Source: an uncultured Gammaproteobacteria bacterium (GTDB lineage: Bacteria; Patescibacteriota; Patescibacteriia; UBA1558; S5-K13). From it: a stretch of DNA of 64,000 bases. The position numbers and the translations under genes were made by a program. The DNA is taken from the NCBI GenBank assembly GCA_964424195.1, contig CAYRHT010000002.1, positions 80,120 to 144,119 on the forward strand, in the 5' to 3' direction. Under the pieces are notes generated by a model, which did no database searches, had not been told where the DNA came from, and was given only the letters and a program-made list of their open reading frames with translations. Positions 29,265-38,354 of this stretch are shown here, piece by piece (position 1 is the stretch's first letter; each line of letters begins with the position of its first letter).

Positions 29265-30692
29265 ATGAAAAAGTTTTTAACTCTACTTATTATCTGTTCT
29301 ATTCTAATACCTAATTTCAGTTTTGCTGATCAAGAGTTAGATGTAAATTTTAATCCTAACTATATTATTTCTGATTTTGAGCTGGAAGATTATAACTCTA
29401 TGAGTTTAAATGATATTCAATACTTCTTAAATAGACATAGTGGTCTTTTAAAACAATATGTGACAAACAATACTCAGACTGGAGAAATAATGACTGCTAG
29501 TGAAATTATCTATCAAGCAGCGCAAACATACAGAATAAATCCTAAATATCTTTTAACTCTATTACAAAAAGAACAAAGCTTAATTATTAATCCTCAGCCA
29601 ATGACTAAAGCTTTAGATTGGGCTATGGGTTATGCAATTTGTGATGATTGTGATATGAATGATCCTTATCTACAGAAGTATAAGGGATTTTACAATCAAG
29701 TAATTTCAGCAGCTCAAAGAAATAGATTTTATTTAGAAAACACAGATAAAGCTTGGCTTTTTCAAGCTGGTGAAGAATATAATATAGATGGTCAATCAGT
29801 AATTCCTTTTAATAAAGCTACAGCTGCTATGTATAGCTATACTCCTCACATTCATGGTACATATAATGCTTGGAAGATTTGGAATAAATGGTTTACTAGA
29901 AAGTATCCTAATGGTTCTATTCTGAAAGAAGTTAGGTCTGCGGGAGTTTGGTTAATTAAAGATAATAAAAGATGGCCTTTCATAACTTGGACAGCTTTTA
30001 CTAGTAGATATAATTCTCGAGATATTATTGAAGTTAATTATAGTGATTTAGCTAAATACCCTCTAGGAAACTCCATTAAATTTACTAATTATTCATATTT
30101 AAAAACTCCAGATCAAAAGACTTATCTATTAGACAATGATCAGCTCAAAGCTTTTGCTAATGATGAAGTTGTGCGTTACTTTGGAGTAAATCCTGAAGAA
30201 GTAATTAATATTGAATGGGAAGATTATCGTTACTATACTCAAGGAGAAGATATTACTATGAACAGTATGTATCCTAATGGTGCAGTTTTGAAGGATCAAG
30301 ACACAGAAGATATCTATTATGTTAAGAATGGAGTTAAATCATTAATAAGTAATCAAAAAATATTAGAAGTAAATTATCCTAATCAATATCTTGTTAAAGT
30401 TTCTAGTGAAGAATTAGATAATTTAGAAGATAGTGACTTAGTTAAATTTAAAGACGGTACTCTAATTAAATCTCAAGACAGTCCTGCCGTTTACATAGTT
30501 TCTGATGGAGAAAGAAGAGCTATTGTTAGTGGTCAGGTTTTTGAAGATTTAGAATATTCTTGGTCAGATATTATTGAAGTAGATGAAAGTATTGTAAATA
30601 TTCATAAACTTGGTAATCTACTTGATGAACAGGAAGAAGAAATTAATATTGAAGAATTAATGCCGACTGATGAAACCAGTCAACCATTATAA
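29265..30692 (+). CDS. Secreted hypothetical protein
   Basis: 475 aa. Signal peptide MKKFLTLLIICSILIPNFSFA. Rich in W/Y/N. No recognisable family. It starts 4 nt after the radical-SAM-like gene. Confidence 0.45.
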   Translation: MKKFLTLLIICSILIPNFSFADQELDVNFNPNYIISDFELEDYNSMSLNDIQYFLNRHSGLLKQYVTNNTQTGEIMTASEIIYQAAQTYRINPKYLLTLLQKEQSLIINPQPMTKALDWAMGYAICDDCDMNDPYLQKYKGFYNQVISAAQRNRFYLENTDKAWLFQAGEEYNIDGQSVIPFNKATAAMYSYTPHIHGTYNAWKIWNKWFTRKYPNGSILKEVRSAGVWLIKDNKRWPFITWTAFTSRYNSRDIIEVNYSDLAKYPLGNSIKFTNYSYLKTPDQKTYLLDNDQLKAFANDEVVRYFGVNPEEVINIEWEDYRYYTQGEDITMNSMYPNGAVLKDQDTEDIYYVKNGVKSLISNQKILEVNYPNQYLVKVSSEELDNLEDSDLVKFKDGTLIKSQDSPAVYIVSDGERRAIVSGQVFEDLEYSWSDIIEVDESIVNIHKLGNLLDEQEEEINIEELMPTDETSQPL

Positions 30693-30698
30693 AAAACT

Positions 30699-31508
30699 AT
30701 GAGTAATATTTATCCATTTTTCATACCCCATAATCCTCTAATGATTTCTAAAATTGGAGTGGAACATTCTGAAAAACTTTCTACCTCTATTAAAGCTTTG
30801 AAGGATATTAAAAACAGGATTTATGAAATAAATCCTGATAAGATTTTAGTTATCACTCCTCCCTTTCAAGACTTAAATAATATTGTTATTAATCAAAGTG
30901 AAAAGTATTTAATTAACTTTAAATCTTTTGGAGATTTATCTTTAGAGTTTGAAGCTCCGGGAGATTTAGATTATAGTACTAGATTCAGAGACTTCTTAAG
31001 AAAGAATGATTTTAATGTAAATATGTTTTCAGAAGAAAAAGTTAATCATAAAGCTTTTGTTCCTTTCTATTATTTAAATAAATATCATACTTCTTCTAAG
31101 GGTTTTGAAAATGAATTAGTTCATGATTCATCTATTAAGAATGAGTTTATGGTTTTAAACTCTTCTCAAGCAGATTTAAATTATCATTGGGAGTTTGGAA
31201 AACTATTAGCTGATTTCTTATCTGATAAGAAAGAAGATATTGTAATTATAGCTACTAGTGATCTATTAGGTAGAGTTAAAAAGCAAGAAGAATACTTAGA
31301 AATAGCTCAAGAGATTATTGATTTAATTAAATTAGGAAAATATGAAGAGATTATTGGATTAGAAGAGAAATTAAAAAAAGGCTCTTATCCAGGGATTAAG
31401 CCTTTAATGATTATTGCACCATTGATTTCTAAATTAAACTTAAACTCAAATATATTATCTTTAGATAAGGAGTTTGGAGAAATATATCTAACAACAGAAT
31501 TTAAATAG
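30699..31508 (+). CDS. Memo/LigB-like (class III extradiol dioxygenase fold) protein, probably catalytically degenerate
   Basis: 269 aa. The N-terminus YPFFIPHNPLMI ... PDKILVITPPFQ parallels the (V/I)PHAGY ... vvilgPsH pattern of Memo/DODA-type proteins, but the second His position is substituted. Confidence 0.35.
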   Translation: MSNIYPFFIPHNPLMISKIGVEHSEKLSTSIKALKDIKNRIYEINPDKILVITPPFQDLNNIVINQSEKYLINFKSFGDLSLEFEAPGDLDYSTRFRDFLRKNDFNVNMFSEEKVNHKAFVPFYYLNKYHTSSKGFENELVHDSSIKNEFMVLNSSQADLNYHWEFGKLLADFLSDKKEDIVIIATSDLLGRVKKQEEYLEIAQEIIDLIKLGKYEEIIGLEEKLKKGSYPGIKPLMIIAPLISKLNLNSNILSLDKEFGEIYLTTEFK

Positions 31509-32334
31509 AACTCTTTTCTTTACTTGAGGGACAGGATTTTGGTAAATCCTGTTTTTTCCATTTTCGGAGGTAATAGAACCAATCTTTTAAATGAATCCAA
31601 GATAATTTATTGAATATAGATTTAAATACATTTTTTTCAGCTGATGCTTTTTGATGTAAATGAATAGCGGAAGTATTTCCTAAGTAATAGACAGCTTTGT
31701 TTTGACTCCATAAGTTTCGACATAAATCCATATCACTAAAATACAGAAAGAAGTTTTCATCATGAATATTATTATCCATTAAATCTTCTCTTTTTAATAG
31801 TAAGCAAGAACCCATGACCCAATCTACTTTTTTTACTGATTGATGATCAAAGTCTTTCATTAAGAATTTAGCTAGCCATTTTTGTCCAGCTTTAGTTCTT
31901 CCTAGAGAAGTTCTTCGATAGAAGGGGTAGTATAGATTAGGGAAACTATAGCAAGTATCTTGAATGCTAGTATCAGCATTATTTAAACGAGAGGCAACTA
32001 ATCCAGCATCAGAATTATTCTTCATAAATTCTAACATCTTCTCAATAGTTTCTTTCTCAATTCGAATATCAGGATTAAGGATTAAAATATATTTACCTTG
32101 AGCATTTTTAATAGCTAGATTATTCCCAGCTGGATAACCAATATTAGTAGAAGATTTAATAAATTTAATATTTGGAAAATCTTTCTTCACTATTTCTTCA
32201 ATATTATCTTGGGAGTTGTTATCTATCACAATAATCTCTGAATCAAACTCAAAATTATAACTATCTAACTTTTGAAGTTGATATTTAATTAAATTAGCAC
32301 TTTTGTAATTTAAGATGATTATAGATAGTTCCAT
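31501..32334 (-). CDS. Glycosyltransferase family 2
   Basis: 277 aa. N-terminal GT-A signature MELSIIILNYKSANLI ... VIDNNSQD. Confidence 0.8.
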   Translation of the reverse strand: MELSIIILNYKSANLIKYQLQKLDSYNFEFDSEIIVIDNNSQDNIEEIVKKDFPNIKFIKSSTNIGYPAGNNLAIKNAQGKYILILNPDIRIEKETIEKMLEFMKNNSDAGLVASRLNNADTSIQDTCYSFPNLYYPFYRRTSLGRTKAGQKWLAKFLMKDFDHQSVKKVDWVMGSCLLLKREDLMDNNIHDENFFLYFSDMDLCRNLWSQNKAVYYLGNTSAIHLHQKASAEKNVFKSIFNKLSWIHLKDWFYYLRKWKKQDLPKSCPSSKEKSSI

Positions 32335-32338
32335 AAAG

Positions 32339-33373
32339 TTAGTTATAGTATTTTTCTAATTCTTCAGCTTCTATTTTTACAATATTCTTAAAAATATATT
32401 TTCTTTTTATCTTCATCTTTTTAATTTGTTTCTTATTCTGAAGAAAGAATTTAAAAGTTTGTTTTTCAAATAATAGAATATATCCTAGTTTTTTAAATTC
32501 ATACCAGAAGATAGGCCAGAAATGTTTAAAAATATTCTTAGTAAATTCATTTTTAATAATACAGAATAAATGATTCTTGTAAGAATGTTGATTAATCCAA
32601 GTAGATTTAACCTTTCGGTTTTGGATAATAGATTTACCTCTTTTAATACTTCGATCATGATGAGCTACAACTTCAGGTAAGAAGTAGGATTTGTATCCAG
32701 CTAATTGCAATCTGTAAGCTAAATCAACATCTTCTTTGTAAGAAAAGAAGTCTTCATCAAAATACTCATTATCCATCTTTATCTTCTCTAAAGCCTTTCT
32801 GTTGTAAATTGGACAAGCTCCAGAAGTTCCAAATACTTTTTTTTGTTTTTGGAATTCTTCTTTATCCTTTTCTCCTTGTCCAATATCAAGAACTTGATGA
32901 TTAGGAAGTATTTCTAAACCACAGGTATCAATATTATTAGTTTTTTCCACATCTAGTAATTCTCGAGCTTTTTCTGGTTCAAGATTATCTCCAATATCCA
33001 TCTTCTTAAAATTCCATTGATATACCTTAGGACTCAAAGAACCAATATTCTTTTTTTGATCCAAGAACTCTAAAGAATTCTTTAAGAAGTCTTTGTCTAA
33101 AATTACATCTTGGTTTAAGCAAAGAACATATTCAGAATTAGTCCAAGAAAGTAATTTGTTATGACCCTGAGCAAAACCAGTGTTTTCTTTAAGAGCTACA
33201 ACTTTTAAGTTAGGATAATGTTCCTTTAAGTATTTAACTGAATCATCAGTAGATCCATTGTCTAAGATATTTAATTGCCAATCTGAAAAACTTTGTTGGA
33301 AAATAGATTCTAAACAAAAAGGTAGGTATTTTTTACCATTCCAAACTACTAAGTTGATATCGACTTTTGCCAT
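32339..33373 (-). CDS. Glycosyltransferase family 2
   Basis: 344 aa. GT-A signature VVWNGKKYLPFCLESIFQQSFSDWQLNILDNGSTDDS. Confidence 0.75.
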   Translation of the reverse strand: MAKVDINLVVWNGKKYLPFCLESIFQQSFSDWQLNILDNGSTDDSVKYLKEHYPNLKVVALKENTGFAQGHNKLLSWTNSEYVLCLNQDVILDKDFLKNSLEFLDQKKNIGSLSPKVYQWNFKKMDIGDNLEPEKARELLDVEKTNNIDTCGLEILPNHQVLDIGQGEKDKEEFQKQKKVFGTSGACPIYNRKALEKIKMDNEYFDEDFFSYKEDVDLAYRLQLAGYKSYFLPEVVAHHDRSIKRGKSIIQNRKVKSTWINQHSYKNHLFCIIKNEFTKNIFKHFWPIFWYEFKKLGYILLFEKQTFKFFLQNKKQIKKMKIKRKYIFKNIVKIEAEELEKYYN

Positions 33374-34839
33374 TTTATTTTTTCTAATATTATAATACTA
33401 ATAACTAGGAAACCTATTCCTAAAGGATGATCTAGATAAGGTGAAAATACATGGATGACAGAGATAGTTATTAAACTTAGAGCTAGGGAAATAATTAGTA
33501 TTCCTTCACTCCTCGGCCATTTCTTCATGGCTAGTTTAACAGAATCAATCAGTATTTTCAATATTAAATAGAGATACGCTAAAAGACCTAAGATTCCAAA
33601 CTTCATCCAAATACTTAACCAACCCCATTCAAAACTATATGTTGTCACTGAACCATCAGGATTCTTCTCATTCCTATTCCGAGGATCATGAGACATATAT
33701 GTAATTTCTTGAGCTAAACCATTTCCTAGAATTGGTTGAGCTTTAATTTTTTCTAACATATGAGGTAATAATTCTAAACGGGAATTACTAGCTGCTTCTC
33801 CAGAAGTTAATCTTTTAGCAAATAAGTCATCTAAATCAGTATCAGTATATGGAACTTTAACAAGTAGGAAGATGAACAAAACACTAAGAGCAGTAATTCC
33901 AATGAATTTTAGATAGACTTTAATAATCTCTAAGAACTTGATTTTCTTAACTATTAACCAAACAAAGAGCATGAATAGAAATACGGCTAATCCTACCCAA
34001 TAGCTTCGAGAAAGACTAATTAACAAAGCACTTAGATTTAAAACACTAAGAGTGATTAATAATTTCTTGTCTTTTAAATCAACTAAATCTCTTTTAAAAG
34101 CTAAGATACAGAAAGTAATAATTAGAGAGATAAGGATGTAGATTTGACTTTGGAAGAAGATTCTAAAGAAGCTCGGATTAACAATAGTTATTTCCCCAAT
34201 CCGAGAGTCACGAAGCCATTCATACAAGATAGTTAAATTTACTCCTGGAAAGTGATGGGAGAAGATATAGAAAGTTAGGATAGTTTTAATAGAAAAGAAG
34301 AATGATCCAGCTAGGAAGATATAGAAGAGATTCTTGAATATCTTTTGGTCTTTAGCTATTTGATAGAAGATAGGGAGAATGAAGATGAAGAGATAGCCAT
34401 TTAAATCAAAGAAAATATCTATCAGTCCTCTGTTTTTAAATAAAGCAATTACTATTCCTAAAATTAACATTCCTAAATATATTAGAATAGGAATTAGATA
34501 GGAGCTCTTTAGAAAATCAAATCTTTTTCTTTTAAATAAATATCTAATTCCAGCTAAGAAAGCTAAGATGAAAATAGCCATTCTCAAAGAAACTGTAAAT
34601 CCATTAATATTTAAGTCCATTAAATGCCCTTGAGAACCAACAAAGAGTTCTAGTAAGGGAATATAGACAATAAAGCTACTCTTCTTAAGCATTAAATAGA
34701 ACAAAGCTAGACAAGTAATGATGAAGAATACTATTTCAAATCTAGGAAAGGTATGAGTGTAAAAGAAAAAAATGTCAGCAATTATTAGTGACCAAAAAGT
34801 ATATTTAAAGTAACTATTATTCCAAGTTGGAGAGATCAT
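33349..34839 (-). CDS. O-antigen ligase/polymerase-like (Wzy_C family) integral membrane protein
   Basis: 496 aa, roughly 10-12 TM helices. LSRSYWVGLAVFLF-type motif in a periplasmic loop. It lies within the glycosyltransferase cluster. Confidence 0.55.
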   Translation of the reverse strand: MISPTWNNSYFKYTFWSLIIADIFFFYTHTFPRFEIVFFIITCLALFYLMLKKSSFIVYIPLLELFVGSQGHLMDLNINGFTVSLRMAIFILAFLAGIRYLFKRKRFDFLKSSYLIPILIYLGMLILGIVIALFKNRGLIDIFFDLNGYLFIFILPIFYQIAKDQKIFKNLFYIFLAGSFFFSIKTILTFYIFSHHFPGVNLTILYEWLRDSRIGEITIVNPSFFRIFFQSQIYILISLIITFCILAFKRDLVDLKDKKLLITLSVLNLSALLISLSRSYWVGLAVFLFMLFVWLIVKKIKFLEIIKVYLKFIGITALSVLFIFLLVKVPYTDTDLDDLFAKRLTSGEAASNSRLELLPHMLEKIKAQPILGNGLAQEITYMSHDPRNRNEKNPDGSVTTYSFEWGWLSIWMKFGILGLLAYLYLILKILIDSVKLAMKKWPRSEGILIISLALSLITISVIHVFSPYLDHPLGIGFLVISIIILEKIKWQKSIST

Positions 34840-35690
34840 TATGTTTTTACTTTTGATTTAAGATTAATTTTACTAATTAGATAACCAATAAGCCAAGCTA
34901 TCCTTAATAATATAAATTGCCAAGGAGAATGCCATTTTTTAAAATACTTAATCATAGAATTCTGAAAGTATTTTTGAGTAATACCTCTTGGTACTTGCTC
35001 AAAACTTTTACCAACATAATCAATACATTCAGCTACTGGAGTATACCAAACTTCTCCTCCACTCTTAGATACTTTCTGACAGAAATCTACTTCTTCAAAC
35101 CAAATAAAGTATCTTTCATCTAAACCATTTAATTCTTCATAGATATTTCTTCTCATCATAAAGAAAGCTCCTCGGATAGAATCTACTTTAGAAGCTTGAG
35201 AATAATCAAAGTTTTTACAAAGGTATTTATCTAATATGAATGGTAGAATATGGGGTATTTTAAGAGTAATAGCAAGTTGGTCCCAGAATCTAGGAAAACG
35301 TCTAATATGGTGCAAAGTTTTACGATTTTGGTCTATTAAATGACAACCAGCTATACTAACTTGAGGGTTTTCATCCATCCACTTAATCATGTTCTCTAGA
35401 GTATGAGGAAGAATTTGCATATCTGGGTTTAAGAGTAAAACATAGTCATATTTAGTCTTTTCAAATCCCAGGTTATTGGCTTTAGCAAATCCTAGATTCT
35501 TACGAGAATCAATTAAATTTACTTGAGGGTACTTTTCTTTAATCATTTTTAGACTTCCATCTTGGGAGTTGTTATCAACTACAATTACATCTAATTCAAT
35601 ATTTTCAGAATTAGAAAAGATAGATTGGAGACAATTGTCTAACAAGTCTTTGACTTTGTAATTAACAATGATTATGGATAATTTATGCAT
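34839..35690 (-). CDS. Glycosyltransferase family 2
   Basis: 283 aa. GT-A signature MHKLSIIIVNYKVKDLLDNCLQSIF ... VVDNNSQDGS. Confidence 0.8.
   Translation of the reverse strand: MHKLSIIIVNYKVKDLLDNCLQSIFSNSENIELDVIVVDNNSQDGSLKMIKEKYPQVNLIDSRKNLGFAKANNLGFEKTKYDYVLLLNPDMQILPHTLENMIKWMDENPQVSIAGCHLIDQNRKTLHHIRRFPRFWDQLAITLKIPHILPFILDKYLCKNFDYSQASKVDSIRGAFFMMRRNIYEELNGLDERYFIWFEEVDFCQKVSKSGGEVWYTPVAECIDYVGKSFEQVPRGITQKYFQNSMIKYFKKWHSPWQFILLRIAWLIGYLISKINLKSKVKT
35656..35690. repeat. Direct repeat copy A (GT2 gene 5-prime end) flanking the HEPN-like gene
   Basis: ttgtaattaacaatgattatggataatttatgcat. The first 20 nt are identical to copy B at 36354-36373. Confidence 0.7.
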
Positions 35691-36324
35691 GTTGTTTTTT
35701 AAAGTTTTTTGTTTTTATCAATTTTTGAGCTTCTGAAAACAAATTATTAAATTTTTCTTCTAGTATTTTATGATTATCTCCTGATGACAAATAAAAATTT
35801 ATATTTCCAGATTTTTTTACCAGAAAGTTGATAATGAATAAAGTATTCGAAAATATTCTAGGTAAACCAGATATTTCCAGTGCCCATAATTTTGGTATAA
35901 AGTGAATAAAATCATTTCTTAGATTATTTAATCTTTTTATATCATCATCAATTTCTTTCGTTGATTTTAATTTTTTACTATTTATATATTGGATCATTAT
36001 ATTGCTTTTAATTTTATTGTATAATTTCGGAAAATAATCCAATTTTTCATTGGGTCTTTTTAAATTTTTATTTCGATTATTATATTGATAATAATTTAAC
36101 ATTTTTTTACCAGATTTTTTATCTAAAATAGGAAAATTATTAGTACCTCTAAGTGCATGAACCATAAAATTTTGAAAAGAATTATGTAGGGAAATAATAG
36201 CCCATTTCCAATAATGGTTGTCTTTGGGTATTTTTTTAAGAAATAAGACGAAAACTTCTAGGCTATTAATAGCTTCTAGAATTGTATCTGTTTCTAGATA
36301 TTCTTCGTTATTTTTTTCTAGCAT
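35683..36324 (-). CDS. Hypothetical protein with an R-N-x3-H (HEPN-like) motif
   Basis: 213 aa, very AT-rich codon usage. Motif DIKRLNNLRNDFIHFIP (R136/H141, encoded at about 35896-35925). No other recognisable domain. Its stop overlaps the GT2 start (ATGCATAA). Confidence 0.4.
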   Translation of the reverse strand: MLEKNNEEYLETDTILEAINSLEVFVLFLKKIPKDNHYWKWAIISLHNSFQNFMVHALRGTNNFPILDKKSGKKMLNYYQYNNRNKNLKRPNEKLDYFPKLYNKIKSNIMIQYINSKKLKSTKEIDDDIKRLNNLRNDFIHFIPKLWALEISGLPRIFSNTLFIINFLVKKSGNINFYLSSGDNHKILEEKFNNLFSEAQKLIKTKNFKKQHA

Positions 36325-36325
36325 T

Positions 36326-36385
36326 AATTTAGAATTTATTCATTAAAGATTTTTTGTAATTAACAATGATTATAGAGAAATTCAT
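36326..36385 (-). pseudogene. Vestigial 19-codon remnant of a GT2 gene 5-prime end
   Basis: On the minus strand, ATG at 36385-36383 (an ATGA overlap with the TGA stop of the upstream gene) gives MNFSIIIVNYKKSLMNKF*. This matches the MHKLSIIIVNYK start of the GT2 gene at 35690. Confidence 0.5.
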
Positions 36386-36388
36386 AGA
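36354..36388. repeat. Direct repeat copy B (GT2 5-prime remnant) flanking the HEPN-like gene
   Basis: ttgtaattaacaatgattatagagaaattcataga. A 20-nt exact match to copy A, with about 70% identity over the following 15 nt. Confidence 0.7.
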
Positions 36389-37362
36389 TTTATTTTTTTA
36401 TGTTCTGAGTTAAAAGATATTGTGGATGCTTCTCTAATAAAATATTTTATGATTTTTGGTATTGCTTCTTCAAATATCCATAGAGTTATTTTTTCAAATA
36501 TCCATAGAGAGGATACAATGTAAATAGCTGTTAAAAAGATATTTTTATATATGTTGATTATGAATAAAGGTTTAATATTTTTAAAATAAAAAAAGGAGTA
36601 GAATAATAAATGTAATATCGAATAGAATACTAAAACTTTAGTATTAACCACAAGTCCTATTCCTAAGAGATTGCTTTTTGGAGCTGAGCTCTCTTTTTTC
36701 TCTTTTAAGTAATCTTCTAATTTTTCCTTTTCTATGCTGTTGGGAATGGTAGAACTTATAATAACTTCGTTAATTGTTTCTTGTTTGAATATTGGTGTAT
36801 ATTTATATTTATCTTTAGTTATTATAAGTAGTAGAAAACTAAAAAAATTGGATATATAATAAAATAAATTTTTTACAAGAATACAGTGAAAGAATAATCT
36901 TAATCTAATATACCACCCTTTATTTAAACTAGTTGGTTTTATATGAAGACTATATATTTTATTTAGCAGTTCTACTGCTTGAACTTCTTTATTTTTTTTA
37001 GCCAAGAAGAACTTTTTACTAGTAAGGTTGAAATAATAGTCTTTAGATTCTAGATCAATTGGTTCTGTAATTTTTGGCTTACTACGAAAACTAATTCCAC
37101 CATTAGTATGCTCCTCGCCATATATGACTCTAATGAATAATATTTTATTATTTTCATTATTTTTATATTTTTCATTTGAAATGTAAATAGATATCATGGA
37201 AGCATTTTTATCGTCTTCCATTTTTTTCTTAATACTTATTCCGGGTACATCATTTATATATGGAGTTATATTGTAAAAACCATTTCCAATATTATTGAAT
37301 TTTTCTGCTAACGAATTATTGTTACGATTTTGTTCCATATTATATCTTCTCACAAAACTCAA
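36382..37362 (-). CDS. Hypothetical integral membrane protein (N-terminal soluble ~150 aa plus ~4 TM helices)
   Basis: 326 aa, extremely N/K/I/F-rich. TGA stop. The start region overlaps the gap gene's stop; an alternative start MEQNRNN lies at 37338. No recognisable family. Confidence 0.45.
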   Translation of the reverse strand: MSFVRRYNMEQNRNNNSLAEKFNNIGNGFYNITPYINDVPGISIKKKMEDDKNASMISIYISNEKYKNNENNKILFIRVIYGEEHTNGGISFRSKPKITEPIDLESKDYYFNLTSKKFFLAKKNKEVQAVELLNKIYSLHIKPTSLNKGWYIRLRLFFHCILVKNLFYYISNFFSFLLLIITKDKYKYTPIFKQETINEVIISSTIPNSIEKEKLEDYLKEKKESSAPKSNLLGIGLVVNTKVLVFYSILHLLFYSFFYFKNIKPLFIINIYKNIFLTAIYIVSSLWIFEKITLWIFEEAIPKIIKYFIREASTISFNSEHKKINL

Positions 37363-38338
37363 TTAATCTATTTGAATATCCCCATTCATTATCATACCAA
37401 GAAACTACTTTAACTAAATTGTCACAGATTACAGTGGTTGATAAAAGGTCTACAATAGAAGAATGGGGATTACCAATAATATCAGTAGAAACAATTGGCT
37501 CTTCAGTAGCTTGGAGAATACCTTGCCATTTTTTAAGTTTAGCTTCCTTTTTAAATACTTTGTTAATTTGTTCAGCAGTAACTTTCTTTTTAGTTCGAAT
37601 AGTAATATCTGATAATGAACCATCAGCTACTGGAACTCGAATAGCCATACCATCAAATTTACCTTTTAATTTAGGAATTACTTTAGTAGTAGCAATAGCT
37701 GCTCCAGTTGTTGTGGGAATAATATTAATAGCTGCAGAACGAGCTCTTCTTAAGTCTTTATGAGGAGCATCAATTAGTTTTTGATCAGCAGTATATCCAT
37801 GAACTGTAGTCATTAAAGCTTTTTCAACACCAAAATTATCACACATAATTTTCATTACTGGAGTAATACAATTAGTAGTACAAGAAGCTAGGTCATAGAT
37901 CTTTTTACTTTTAGATATTTTGTCTTCATTTACTCCAGGAACTATAGTTTGGATACCATTGCCTTTAGAAGGAGCGGAAATAACTACTTTCTGAGCTCCA
38001 GCTTTGAGATGTAAACTAGCTCCAGCTTTGTCTCTAAATACTCCAGTAGATTCAATAACTATATCAACTTCTAATTCTTTCCAAGGTAAATTAACTGGAT
38101 CTTTTTCAGAGAAAGCTGGTATCTTTTTACCATTGATAGTTAAAGCATCTCCACTAGCCTTAATATCTCCTTTAAAGTTTTCTTGCACAGAATCATACTT
38201 TAAAAGATGAGCTAGGGTTTTGTTATCTGTTAGATCATTAATAGCTACTATTTGAATATTCTTATTCTTCAAAGCTATTTTAAAAGTTCCTCTACCTATT
38301 CTACCAAAACCATTGATAGCGATTCTTATTTTCTTCAT
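37340..38338 (-). CDS. gap: Type I glyceraldehyde-3-phosphate dehydrogenase
   Basis: 332 aa. NAD-binding motif INGFGRIGR and the catalytic motif ASCTTNC. Confidence 0.9.
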   Translation of the reverse strand: MKKIRIAINGFGRIGRGTFKIALKNKNIQIVAINDLTDNKTLAHLLKYDSVQENFKGDIKASGDALTINGKKIPAFSEKDPVNLPWKELEVDIVIESTGVFRDKAGASLHLKAGAQKVVISAPSKGNGIQTIVPGVNEDKISKSKKIYDLASCTTNCITPVMKIMCDNFGVEKALMTTVHGYTADQKLIDAPHKDLRRARSAAINIIPTTTGAAIATTKVIPKLKGKFDGMAIRVPVADGSLSDITIRTKKKVTAEQINKVFKKEAKLKKWQGILQATEEPIVSTDIIGNPHSSIVDLLSTTVICDNLVKVVSWYDNEWGYSNRLIEFCEKI

Positions 38339-38354
38339 ATGTTTATTTAATTAT

